Of a DNA stretch of 64,000 bases, positions 1 through 8,881 are shown in pieces. Source of the DNA: Rubrivivax sp. (lineage in GTDB: Bacteria; Pseudomonadota; Gammaproteobacteria; Burkholderiales; Burkholderiaceae_C); NCBI GenBank assembly GCA_051861265.1, contig JBHYDA010000013.1, positions 54,208 to 118,207 of the forward strand, given 5' to 3'. Under the pieces are notes generated by a model that saw nothing but the letters and a program-made list of their open reading frames with translations, ran no database searches and was not told where the DNA came from. A program made the position numbers and the translations under genes. The stretch's first letter is position 1, and the number at the start of each line of letters is the position of its first letter.

Positions 1-70
1 GTCTGCCGAGAACCCACGTGCTGCCCTGCCCGACCCCAGGCGCCCTGCCCCCGCCACCAGCGCCGAGGGC

Positions 71-682
71 GTGCGCGTGCTGCACGTGGACGACCATCTC
101 ATCGTGACCGAGAAGCCGGCCGGGCTGCTTTCTGTGCCGGGCCGCGGCGAAGCGGGACTGGTGAACCTGGCCAGCCACCTGCAGACGATGTGGCCCGACG
201 CGCTGGTGGTGCACCGGCTCGACATGGGCACCTCTGGGCTGATGCTTTTGGCACGCGGGCCGGTGGCGCAGCGCAAGCTCAGCGCCGCCTTCGAGCAGCG
301 CGCCGTGGGCAAACGCTACGAGGCCGTGGTGGAAGGCGTGATCGAGGCCGAGGAAGGCCGCATCGCCGCGCCGCTGATGGCCGACTGGCCGAACCGGCCG
401 CGGCAGAAGGTCGACGCCGAGCACGGCAAACCTTCGCTCACCTACTGGCAGGTGATGGCGCGCACGGCCGAGACCACACGCGTCTCGCTCAAGCCCGTCA
501 CCGGCCGCTCGCACCAGCTGCGCGTGCACCTGCAGCACATCGGCCACCCCATCCGCGGCGACGAGCTCTATGCGCCGCTGCCGTTGCGCGCCGAGCGCCT
601 GCTGCTGCATGCGGCCGAGATCAGCTTCGCCCACCCGGCCAGCGCATCGACGATGCACTTCGTCAGCGCGGCGCCTTTTTGA
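71..682 (+). CDS. rluA: RluA-family pseudouridine synthase (frame stays open to the window edge, so the true start may lie upstream)
   Basis: Motifs KPAGLLSVPG, HRLDMGTSG (catalytic Asp) and GRSHQLRVH. Confidence 0.85.
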   Translation: MRVLHVDDHLIVTEKPAGLLSVPGRGEAGLVNLASHLQTMWPDALVVHRLDMGTSGLMLLARGPVAQRKLSAAFEQRAVGKRYEAVVEGVIEAEEGRIAAPLMADWPNRPRQKVDAEHGKPSLTYWQVMARTAETTRVSLKPVTGRSHQLRVHLQHIGHPIRGDELYAPLPLRAERLLLHAAEISFAHPASASTMHFVSAAPF

Positions 683-706
683 ACCTTCGTTTCCCGGAAG
701 CCTTCC

Positions 707-1456
707 ATGCCCCAAGCCCTGAGCATCGTCACCGGCAGTTCCCGCGGCCTCGGCCGCGCGGTGGTGCAGCAACTGCTGGCGCGCGGCCACCGCGTGCTGG
801 CCCTGGCCCGAGCGGCCACCGACCTGCCGGTGCCGCCCGGCGCCGAACTCACCGCCTGGCAGGTGGACCTGGCCGAGCCGCAGCCCGTGGCCGATCGCCT
901 GGCTGCCTGGCTGCAGGCGCAAGACGCCTCGCAGATCAGCGCCGTGAACCTGATCAACAACGCGGGCGTCGTCTCGACCCCGGCGCCGTTGTCGCGCAGC
1001 AGCGCGCAGGAGTTGCAGAACGCGATGCGCGTGGGCCTGGAAGCGCCGGTGCTGCTGAGCGCGGCGTTCCTGCAGGCCACCGCAACCTGGACTTGCCCGC
1101 GCAAGCTGATGCTGGTGTCTTCCGGCCTGGGCCGCCGGGCGATGGCCGGCAGCGCGAGCTACTGCGCGGCCAAGGCCGGCCTGGACCACCTGGCGCGTGC
1201 GCTGGCGCTCGAAGAAGCGCAGGTGCCCAACGGCGCGCGCGTGGTCTCGCTGGCGCCGGGCGTCATCGACACCGACATGCAGGTGCAGCTGCGCGGCGCC
1301 GATGTCGCGCTCTTTCCCGAAGTCGTGCGCTTCCAGGGCCTGAAGGACGGCGGCCACCTCGACAGCCCCGACGAAGCCGCCGCGAAACTGCTGCGCGCGC
1401 TGGACCGCGCCGATTACGGCGAGCAGCCGGTCAGCGACGTGCGGGAGCTCGCATGA
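707..1456 (+). CDS. Short-chain dehydrogenase/reductase (benzil/sepiapterin reductase-like)
   Basis: TGSSRGLG Rossmann motif, NNAG, catalytic YCAAK. Confidence 0.9.
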   Translation: MPQALSIVTGSSRGLGRAVVQQLLARGHRVLALARAATDLPVPPGAELTAWQVDLAEPQPVADRLAAWLQAQDASQISAVNLINNAGVVSTPAPLSRSSAQELQNAMRVGLEAPVLLSAAFLQATATWTCPRKLMLVSSGLGRRAMAGSASYCAAKAGLDHLARALALEEAQVPNGARVVSLAPGVIDTDMQVQLRGADVALFPEVVRFQGLKDGGHLDSPDEAAAKLLRALDRADYGEQPVSDVRELA

Positions 1457-1953
1457 GCCCGGAGCGCTGCGCCGAACTCATCGCCACGCTGGGGCTGCGG
1501 CCGCACCCCGAAGGCGGGCACTACGGCGAGGTGTTCCGCTCGGCCCTGCCGGTGCGGCCAGCTGACGGCCGCGTGGGACGCGTGGCGCTGACGACCATCG
1601 ATTTCCTGCTGCAGCCCGGCCAGTGTTCGGCCTGGCACCGGGTGGCCTCCGACGAGGTGTGGCACCTGCTGGAAGGCCCTGGCCTGCGGCTGTGGCTGGC
1701 GCCGCCCGATCTGTCGAACTTCACCCATGTCGACCTCGGGCCTGTAGCGGCCGCACAGCGCCCGCGCCACGTGGTGCCTGCCGGCTGGTGGCAGGCCGCC
1801 GAGCCGCTGGGCGGCGGTGCCTTCGTGGGCGCCACCGTGGGGCCGGGTTTCGAGTTCGCCGATTTCAGCTTCGGCCGCGAAGACACGGCCTTCTGCGCAG
1901 CCCTGGCCACAGCCGAGCATGCGCAGCCCGCCGCGCTGCGCCGCCTGCTCTAG
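1453..1953 (+). CDS. Cupin_5 (DUF985) family protein
   Basis: ATG overlaps the SDR stop (ATGA); HPEGGHY, WHRVASDEVWH and VGPGFEFADF are typical of DUF985. Confidence 0.85.
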   Translation: MSPERCAELIATLGLRPHPEGGHYGEVFRSALPVRPADGRVGRVALTTIDFLLQPGQCSAWHRVASDEVWHLLEGPGLRLWLAPPDLSNFTHVDLGPVAAAQRPRHVVPAGWWQAAEPLGGGAFVGATVGPGFEFADFSFGREDTAFCAALATAEHAQPAALRRLL

Positions 1954-3020
1954 GCCAGGCTCGAAGCCTCACCCAGCCCGATGCCCAGGGCGCGCGCCGC
2001 CTGCAGCAGCGGGTGGTCGAGCGCCACGCATCGCGTGCGCCCCGCCACCTCGTCCAGCGGCACGCTGACGCAGGCCCCGCCTTGCAAGGCGACCATGCGC
2101 CCGTGCTGGCCGGCCTTCACCAGTTGCGCGGCCTCGTAGCCGAAACGCGTGGCCAGCACGCGGTCGAAGGCCGTGGGCGTCCCGCCGCGCTGCGTGTGGC
2201 CCAGCACCGTGGTGCGCACCTCGCTCTGCAGCAGCGGCTGCAGTTGCTGCTGCAGCGCCTGCCCCACGCCGCCCAGGCGCAGCGGGTCGGGGCTGTGCGC
2301 CAGGGTTTCGCGCACCGTCAGGCCCTGCCCCTGCGCGTGGGCGCCCTCGGCGATGCAGATCAAGGTCGGCAGCCCGGCTTCTTCGCGCTGGCGGCAGCGC
2401 TCGGCCACCGCTTCCACGCTGAAGGCCAGCTCGGGCAGCAGGATGATGTCGGCACCGCCGGCCAGCCCGCCTTCGAGTGCGATCCAGCCTGCGTAGCGGC
2501 CCATGGTCTCGGCGATCATCACGCGGCCGTGGCTGCGCGCGGTGGTGGCCAGGCGGTCCAAGGCCTCGGCCACCACGGCCACGGCGCTGTCGAAGCCGAA
2601 AGTGCGCTCGGTGTGCGGCAGGTCGTTGTCGATGGTCTTGGGCACACCCACCACCGGCAGCCCGCGCTGGCCAAAACGGTGGGCGATGGCCATGGTGCCG
2701 TCGCCGCCCACGGCCACCAGCACGTCCAGGCCCAGCTCGCGGGCGTAAGCCAGCGCGGCATCGGCCTGGTCGTGGCCGTCCTGCACGCGGAAAGGGTCGC
2801 AGGTGTTGTGAGTGCCGAGGATGGTGCCGCCCTCGGCCAAGATGCCGGCCACATCGGCCGGCGCCAAGGGGCGTGAACGGCGAGCGATGAGCCCGTGGAA
2901 GCCGCGTTCGATGCCGGTGACGCGGGCGCCGCATTCATGGTGCAAGGCCAGCGTCACCGCGCGGATGACGGCGTTCAGGCCGGGGCAGTCGCCACCGCCG
3001 GTGAGGATGCCCACGTGCAT
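1950..3020 (-). CDS. pfkA: 6-phosphofructokinase (PfkA superfamily, group III-like)
   Basis: GGGDCPGLN, GGDGT, PKTIDND, MGRYAGW and GHTQRGG motifs. Confidence 0.9.
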   Translation of the reverse strand: MHVGILTGGGDCPGLNAVIRAVTLALHHECGARVTGIERGFHGLIARRSRPLAPADVAGILAEGGTILGTHNTCDPFRVQDGHDQADAALAYARELGLDVLVAVGGDGTMAIAHRFGQRGLPVVGVPKTIDNDLPHTERTFGFDSAVAVVAEALDRLATTARSHGRVMIAETMGRYAGWIALEGGLAGGADIILLPELAFSVEAVAERCRQREEAGLPTLICIAEGAHAQGQGLTVRETLAHSPDPLRLGGVGQALQQQLQPLLQSEVRTTVLGHTQRGGTPTAFDRVLATRFGYEAAQLVKAGQHGRMVALQGGACVSVPLDEVAGRTRCVALDHPLLQAARALGIGLGEASSLA

Positions 3021-3039
3021 GGCGACGCGCCCCGGCGCC

Positions 3040-4545
3040 TCAGCCCAGCCAGGCGGCGAGGTCGGCCTTCAGCTGGCGCAGATCGGCCTGGCGCGTGTAC
3101 ATCATGTGGCCGGCGTCGTAGTAGCGGTGCGTCACGCGCGCCAGCACGCTGGCCGGCACGTTCAATTGCGCCAGGCTCCAGTCACTCGCGCTGTAGGGCG
3201 TGCCCAGGTCGTAGCGGCCGCTGGCGGCCAGCACCTTCAGGTGCGGGTTGCGGCGCAGCGCACGGGCCAGGTCGGGGCTGGTGCTGCAGAAGCCCATGCT
3301 GCCGCGGCCGCCGCCTTCAGCCCCGCGCGCCCACTGCCAGCCGCCGTTGACCTCGTAGCTCAGCACGTTGTAGCGGTGCTCGAGGTCGATGCCCAGCGTG
3401 CCGCGGTAGTAGGCCAGCGCGGCCATCGTGTAGGGGCCGGCGATGGCCTCGATGCCGGGGTCGAACTCCATCTCGCTGACACGGCTGGCCGCCGCCGGCC
3501 CGGTGCCGCGCGCTTCCAGCCGGCCCACCACCTGGCCGCGCGCGCGCAGCGCCTCGGTGAAGTAGCAGCGGTCGCTGATGCGCAGGTTCTGCTCTTCCAC
3601 CAGCGTGCGTGGCAGGCCCGTGAGCTCGGCCACGCGGCGCGCCACGGCGCTGCGGCGCTTGTCGCTCAGGCGCGCGCCGGCCTGCAGGGCGCTGACGTAG
3701 TCGTCCTGCACGAAAGCCTCCGCCGCGGCGCGCGCGGCCTCGGGGCTGGCGGCTTGCGGGCCGCTGAGCAGGCCGTGGTACTGAGAAACGTTCGCGAAGG
3801 CGGGCAGGAACAGGCTGTACGGCAAATCGTTCGCCGGTGCGAAAGCGATGCTCTGCAGGTCCATTGCGCAAGACACGAGGATCACGCCGCTGAGCACCGC
3901 GCCCAGGCTCTGCATCTTGTCGGCCAGGCCGGCGCCGCGCGTGGTGCCGTAGCTTTCACCGGCGATGTAGAGCGGTGAGCCCCACCGCTGGTGGCGCGTG
4001 AGCCAACCGCGCATCACTTCGGCCAGGGCTTCGATGTCGCCGTCCACGGACAGGTGCTTCTTGCGCGCCTTCTCGCTGGCGCTCATCGACCAGCCGGTGT
4101 GCGGCGGGTCGATGAAGACGAGGTCGAAGTGCTCGAACCAGCTGTGCGGGTTGTCCTCCACCGCGTAAGGCGGCAGCGGCATGCTGCCGTCGTCGGGCAC
4201 CACCACGCGCTTGGGGCCCAAAGCGCCGAACTGCAGCCAGATGCTGGCCGAGCCCGGCCCGCCGTTGAAGGCAAAACACACAGGGCGCGTCTTCGCATCG
4301 GCACCTTGCAGCAGGTAGGCGGTGGTCATCACCGCGCCCTCGGGCTCGCCGGCTGCGCCCGCCAGGCCGCCCGGCAGCACCGGCATGAAGGCTGCGCTGA
4401 CGCGGTAGTCGAGCACACGCCCGCCGAGGGTGATCTGTGCCGTGCTCTCGGCCGCGGGGCGGGCCAGCAGCTTGTCGACCAGGGCCTTCAGCCGCTTGGC
4501 GTCGTCATCGGGGGTGGCGGGGGTGGCGGGGGTCGCGTCAGCCAT
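3040..4545 (-). CDS. Serine carboxypeptidase, peptidase S10 family
   Basis: FNGGPGSAS, GESYG nucleophile elbow, GRYDLGTP, AGHMMY. Confidence 0.9.
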   Translation of the reverse strand: MADATPATPATPDDDAKRLKALVDKLLARPAAESTAQITLGGRVLDYRVSAAFMPVLPGGLAGAAGEPEGAVMTTAYLLQGADAKTRPVCFAFNGGPGSASIWLQFGALGPKRVVVPDDGSMPLPPYAVEDNPHSWFEHFDLVFIDPPHTGWSMSASEKARKKHLSVDGDIEALAEVMRGWLTRHQRWGSPLYIAGESYGTTRGAGLADKMQSLGAVLSGVILVSCAMDLQSIAFAPANDLPYSLFLPAFANVSQYHGLLSGPQAASPEAARAAAEAFVQDDYVSALQAGARLSDKRRSAVARRVAELTGLPRTLVEEQNLRISDRCYFTEALRARGQVVGRLEARGTGPAAASRVSEMEFDPGIEAIAGPYTMAALAYYRGTLGIDLEHRYNVLSYEVNGGWQWARGAEGGGRGSMGFCSTSPDLARALRRNPHLKVLAASGRYDLGTPYSASDWSLAQLNVPASVLARVTHRYYDAGHMMYTRQADLRQLKADLAAWLG

Positions 4546-4601
4546 GGTCGGAGTGTCGGGTTGAGGGATGGATGTGGAAGAGGATAGGTCAGCCGTGCGC
4601 T

Positions 4602-5606
4602 TCAGGCGCTCGTGCCCGCCAGCAAGGCGCCGTAGCGCGCGATGTCGACGTTGCCGCCGCTGAGGATGACGCCCACGCGCTGTCCCCGTGCCGGCACCAC
4701 GCCATGCATCAGCGCGGCCGCGCCCAGCACGCCGGTGGGCTCCAGCACCAGCTTCAGCCGTTCGGCGAAGAATCGCATCGTCTCGACGATTTGCGCATCA
4801 CTTACCGTTTCGATGCGGCTCACCAGGCGCTGAATGACTGGGAAGGTCAGCGTGCCGCTGTGCTGCGTCTGCGCGCCGTCGGCGATGGTCTTGGGGGTGT
4901 CGATGTGCACGATGCGGCCCAGGGCCAGGCTCTGCTGGGTGTCGTTGCCAGCCTCGGGCTCGATGCCGACGACCTCGATGCCGGGGCTCAGGTGGTGCGC
5001 GGCCACCGCGCAGCCGCTGATCAGGCCGCCGCCACCCACGCAGACAAGCAGCAGATCCAGCGGCCCCGTGTCCTGCAGCAGCTCCCAGGCGGCGGTGCCC
5101 TGCCCGGCCATCACGTGCGGGTGGTCGTAGGGCGGAATCAGCGTCATGCCGCGCTCCTGCGCCAGGCGGCGGCCGATGGCCTCGCGGTCTTCGGTATAGC
5201 GGTCGTAGAGCACCACCTCGCTGCCGCGCTGGCCTTGCTGGTAGCCGCGTGTGGCCGTCAGCTTGGCCGCGGGCGAGTCTTGCGGCATCACGATGACCGA
5301 GGGCATGCCCAAGAGCCGCGCCGACAGCGCGATGGCCTGTGCGTGGTTGCCCGAGCTGAAGGCGATGACGCCGGCCTCGCGCTGCTGCGGCGTGAACTGC
5401 GCCAGCGCGTTGTAGGCCCCGCGGAACTTGAAGGCGCCCATGCGCTGCAGGTTCTCGGCCTTGAAGAAGACCTGCGCGCCGGTGGCTTCGTCCACGGTGC
5501 GCGAGGTGATGACGGGCGTGCGGTGGGCCACGCCCTGCAGCCGCGCGGCGGCGGCTTCGACGTCGGCGGCGCTGATGGCCAGCGGAGCAGCCATGTGGGT
5601 GTTCAT
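4602..5606 (-). CDS. PLP-dependent serine/threonine dehydratase, threo-3-hydroxy-L-aspartate ammonia-lyase-like
   Basis: KAENLQRMGAFKFRGA (PLP Lys), FSSGNHAQA, VGGGGLISG, SGGNVD. Confidence 0.85.
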   Translation of the reverse strand: MNTHMAAPLAISAADVEAAAARLQGVAHRTPVITSRTVDEATGAQVFFKAENLQRMGAFKFRGAYNALAQFTPQQREAGVIAFSSGNHAQAIALSARLLGMPSVIVMPQDSPAAKLTATRGYQQGQRGSEVVLYDRYTEDREAIGRRLAQERGMTLIPPYDHPHVMAGQGTAAWELLQDTGPLDLLLVCVGGGGLISGCAVAAHHLSPGIEVVGIEPEAGNDTQQSLALGRIVHIDTPKTIADGAQTQHSGTLTFPVIQRLVSRIETVSDAQIVETMRFFAERLKLVLEPTGVLGAAALMHGVVPARGQRVGVILSGGNVDIARYGALLAGTSA

Positions 5607-5613
5607 GGGCGGC

Positions 5614-6369
5614 TCAGACCGCGCCCGGGCCCTGGAAGCCCCCGCGGCGGTAGGTGATCACGAGGGTGTCGCGCCAGGCCGGCTGGCTGGCGTCGACCGG
5701 CTGGATGGGCGTGGTCTCGTGGATCACGCGCTCGTCGTCGAGCAGCAGCACGCTGAAGGGCTCGCGCAGCGTGAAGCGCACGCCCTGCGGGCCGCGGGCA
5801 TCGAAGACGCGGGTCTCGCCGCCCTTGACGTTGTGGCGGTCGACGATCAGCACGGCCACGAGGTCGACGCCGTCGCGGTGCGCCCCTTCGGGCGTGGGGC
5901 GGCCTATGCCGCCTTCGGTGTCGATGCGGAAGGGGTGCGCTTCGACGAACCACTCGCCGGGGGTGCCGACATCGGCGCGCAGGCCGTCGGCCACACCCGC
6001 CAGGCCTTGCAGCAGTTGCGCCCAGGCCGGGTCTTGCAACAACTCGGCCGGCAGGGGCTCGAACCAGCGCTCGTAGCCGCCGTGCAGCGCGTTGTATTCC
6101 ACCGGCTGCCAGTGGGCGCGGTGCGCAACGGCCTGCACCGCCGTCGCTGTGACGCGAAAACAACCGTGGCGGCGCTTGCGGTAGCGGCCGCCGTCGCGCA
6201 GGTGGGGGTCGGGCGGCAGCGCCGGCCACAGGGTTTGCCAGGCCAGCCAAGCGGGCAGCGGCGCGGCGCACAGGCGGGCCAGCGTGCCAGCGTCCAGCAC
6301 GGCCCAGCCGGCGGTGGAAAGCTGCGCCGGCACGTCGGCCAGTGCGGTGAGAGGGGGCGGTGGATGCAT
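5614..6369 (-). CDS. 2OG-Fe(II) dioxygenase, PF10014 (BsmA / free amino-acid hydroxylase)-like
   Basis: Start taken at the ATG at 6369; PEGAHRDG (HxD), distal HETTPI and RDTLVITY. Confidence 0.8.
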   Translation of the reverse strand: MHPPPPLTALADVPAQLSTAGWAVLDAGTLARLCAAPLPAWLAWQTLWPALPPDPHLRDGGRYRKRRHGCFRVTATAVQAVAHRAHWQPVEYNALHGGYERWFEPLPAELLQDPAWAQLLQGLAGVADGLRADVGTPGEWFVEAHPFRIDTEGGIGRPTPEGAHRDGVDLVAVLIVDRHNVKGGETRVFDARGPQGVRFTLREPFSVLLLDDERVIHETTPIQPVDASQPAWRDTLVITYRRGGFQGPGAV

Positions 6370-6441
6370 GCGGAACGGGGCGCCGGACGGAGGCAGGCAA
6401 GGCGTGAAGGGAAGGCCCGGGCTCGGGCCCGGCCGCGCGTT

Positions 6442-6459
6442 TTGGAGGCAGCTCTCCAA
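6442..6459. promoter_or_regulatory. Inverted repeat TTGGAG-N6-CTCCAA, candidate operator between divergent genes
   Basis: Perfect 6-bp arms read directly from the intergenic sequence. Confidence 0.35.
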
Positions 6460-6508
6460 TCGCATGTCAGCAAGGCGGGGGGCCAAGGCGTTAAGGTGCC
6501 TGCTGACC

Positions 6509-6736
6509 ATGCAACCCACCCTGCCCCCGACCACCGCGCCCAGCTGCCTGGTGGAGATCATCGAGCTCAAGTGGCTGCTGCGTGGCCATGGCATCGACCT
6601 TCACGTCGAACACCTGCAGAGCGACCCGGAGTATGCCCGCCGCACGCTGGACGCCGCGGCCGCGCTGCCGCATGCCCCACTGCGCGCCGCGGCCGCGCGG
6701 TTGCGTCTCTGCCTGCTGGGGCCCGAGCCCGGCTGA
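6509..6736 (+). CDS. Small hypothetical protein (75 aa)
   Basis: High-GC3 codon usage, protein-like composition (IIELKWLLRGHGIDLHVEHLQSDPEYARRTL), fills the intergenic gap. Confidence 0.7.
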   Translation: MQPTLPPTTAPSCLVEIIELKWLLRGHGIDLHVEHLQSDPEYARRTLDAAAALPHAPLRAAAARLRLCLLGPEPG

Positions 6737-6843
6737 CGGTCGCGGCCTGCCCTTGTGGGCAGGCGCGGGTTTGCCGCTGCTGTGGCCAAGCCGGCGCGGG
6801 GCGTAGGATGCACCGGGCGATCCGCTTCGCCTGGAGGTCTGCC

Positions 6844-8052
6844 ATGCGCCCTGCCCCGAACCGCAGCCTGCCTCGCCCTGCCTCGGCCCTTTGGTGGCGC
6901 CGGCTTGCCCTGCCGCTGGTCTTGGCCGCGGCAGGCTTGGCGGGATGTGCCGTGGCACCGCCCGCCCCGGCGCCAGTGGCCGCGTTGTTGCAGGACCAGC
7001 TGTACCCCAGCGCGCCGGCTGCCGTGGATGTCTCGGGCGTGTTCGCGCTCAGTCCGGCGATGCGGCACTACGTCGACACCGAACTCGCTGGCTTGGCCCA
7101 TGCCCCCGACCGCCGCGAGCGGCTGCTGGCTGCGCTGCGCGACCAGGGCCGGCTGAACCTCGACTACGACGACGGCATCACCCGCAACGCGGCCGAAGCC
7201 TTCGACAAGCGGGCCGGGCATTGCCTCTCTCTGGTGGTGATGACGGCGGCCTTCGCCCGGCACCTGGGCCTGCCGGTGCGCTACCAGGAGGTGCACGTAC
7301 AGCCTAACTACAGCCGCGCCAACAGCCTGACCTTCGCCAGCGGCCACGTGAACATCGTGCTGATGGCCTTGCCGCACGACAGCCAGGGCCAGCGCACAGC
7401 CAGCGAAGACCTGACGGTCGACTTCGTGACGCCCGACGAACTGCGCAGCGCCCGGCTCGAGCCCATCACCGAGGGCCGCGTGCTGGCGATGTTCATGAAC
7501 AACCGTGCCGCCGAGCACCTGGCCGCAGGGCAGGCCCCTGAGGCCTACGCCTGGGCACGCGCCGCTGTGCTGCAGGACCCGGCCTACCTCGGGGCCGTCA
7601 ACACCCTGGGCGTGATCTACCTGCGCAGCGGTCACCACGCTGCGGCCGAGCAGGCGCTGCACAGCGTGCTGGCCCGCGCGCCCGACGATGTGCCGGCCGT
7701 CTCGAACCTCATCGCCACGCTCACGGCCGCCGGCCGCCAGGCCGAGGCCGCGCCCTACCGCCGGCGCCTGGCGATGCTGCAACGCCACCCGCCCTTCCAC
7801 TTTCTCGATCTCGGCGTTGCGGCGCTGCAGCGGGGCGATCTGCGCCAGGCGCGTTCGCACTTCGAGCGTGAACTGCGGCGCCAGCCGTTCCAGCACGAGG
7901 CGCACTACTGGGGCGGCGTGGCGGATGCGCTGCTGGGCGACCCTGCCTCGGCCGAAGCGCACCTGCGCAGCGCCATCGAGCACAGCGGCAACCCGGCGCT
8001 GGGCGCTCGCTACAGCGCGAAGCTGGCGGCTCTGAAAGGGCGCGCGCTCTAG
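6844..8052 (+). CDS. Lipoprotein with a transglutaminase-like domain and C-terminal TPR repeats
   Basis: GGAGG SD before ATG 6844 (alternative ATG at 6808); lipobox LAGC; GHCLS / GHVN / VDF putative Cys-His-Asp triad; TPR-like helices (NTLGVIYLRSGHHAAAEQAL). Confidence 0.75.
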   Translation: MRPAPNRSLPRPASALWWRRLALPLVLAAAGLAGCAVAPPAPAPVAALLQDQLYPSAPAAVDVSGVFALSPAMRHYVDTELAGLAHAPDRRERLLAALRDQGRLNLDYDDGITRNAAEAFDKRAGHCLSLVVMTAAFARHLGLPVRYQEVHVQPNYSRANSLTFASGHVNIVLMALPHDSQGQRTASEDLTVDFVTPDELRSARLEPITEGRVLAMFMNNRAAEHLAAGQAPEAYAWARAAVLQDPAYLGAVNTLGVIYLRSGHHAAAEQALHSVLARAPDDVPAVSNLIATLTAAGRQAEAAPYRRRLAMLQRHPPFHFLDLGVAALQRGDLRQARSHFERELRRQPFQHEAHYWGGVADALLGDPASAEAHLRSAIEHSGNPALGARYSAKLAALKGRAL

Positions 8053-8142
8053 CCAGCCCGGGGCTGCAAAGCGGCAAGCCGGTGTGCGGTCTTCAAGGCG
8101 CGGCCAGGGCGCCGTCAGGCGCAGCGGTTACGCTGCCGCCCC

Positions 8143-8859
8143 ATGACGACCCGAGACAAGAAGCCGAACCCCCTGCTGGAGATCGGCATCACCGTGCTGC
8201 TGCCGGCCTTCATCTTGATGAAGCTGAGCAGCCCCGAGCGCCTGGGCACCCTGGGTGCGCTGCTGCTGGCCCTGGCCTTCCCGGTGGGATGGGGCGTGTG
8301 GGATGGCCTGCGCCGCCGCAAACTCAACTGGTTCAGCGTGCTGGGCGTGGTGAGCACGCTGCTCACGGGCGGCATCGGCCTGCTGAAGCTGGATGCGCAA
8401 TGGCTCGCCGTGAAAGAGGCGCTGGTGCCCGGGTTGATCGGCGTGGCGGTGCTGGCCTCGAACTTCACGAAGTCGCCGTTGATCCGCGTGCTGGTCTTCA
8501 ACGCCGATCTTTTCGACCTGCCCAAGGTCAACGCAGCCTTGGCCGCCCGCGGCAACATCGTGCCGTTCGAGCTGCGCCTGCGCACCGGCACCTTCCTGCT
8601 GGCCGGCACCTTCTTCTTCTCGGCGCTGGCCAACTACGTGCTGGCGCGGCTGGTGGTGAGCGCGCCCGCCGGCACCGAAGCCTTCAACGAGCAATTGGGC
8701 AAGCTCACGCTCTTGAGCTACCCCGTCATCGCCATCCCGAGCATGCTGATGATGATGGGCCTGATGTTCTGGCTGGCCCGCGGCGCCAAAGCGCTGACGG
8801 GGCTGGACCTGGGCGACATGCTGCAAGGCGGCGCCCCGGCCGGCAAACCGTCGGCCTGA
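8143..8859 (+). CDS. VC0807-family inner membrane protein
   Basis: Multiple hydrophobic helices; NPLLEIGITVLLPAFILMKLS and AVKEALVPGLIG. Confidence 0.7.
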   Translation: MTTRDKKPNPLLEIGITVLLPAFILMKLSSPERLGTLGALLLALAFPVGWGVWDGLRRRKLNWFSVLGVVSTLLTGGIGLLKLDAQWLAVKEALVPGLIGVAVLASNFTKSPLIRVLVFNADLFDLPKVNAALAARGNIVPFELRLRTGTFLLAGTFFFSALANYVLARLVVSAPAGTEAFNEQLGKLTLLSYPVIAIPSMLMMMGLMFWLARGAKALTGLDLGDMLQGGAPAGKPSA

Positions 8860-8881
8860 GTTCGCGCAGCGCTCTCGGCCT

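Noticed and set aside
190-1953. 587-aa ORF ending in the cupin domain
   Set aside because: Only 1453..1953 is protein-like; the rest overlaps rluA and the SDR out of frame.
5428-8052. 874-aa ORF suggesting a large fusion protein
   Set aside because: The N-terminal part is antisense to the dioxygenase and overlaps the small protein; the real gene starts at about 6844 with an SD and lipoprotein signal.
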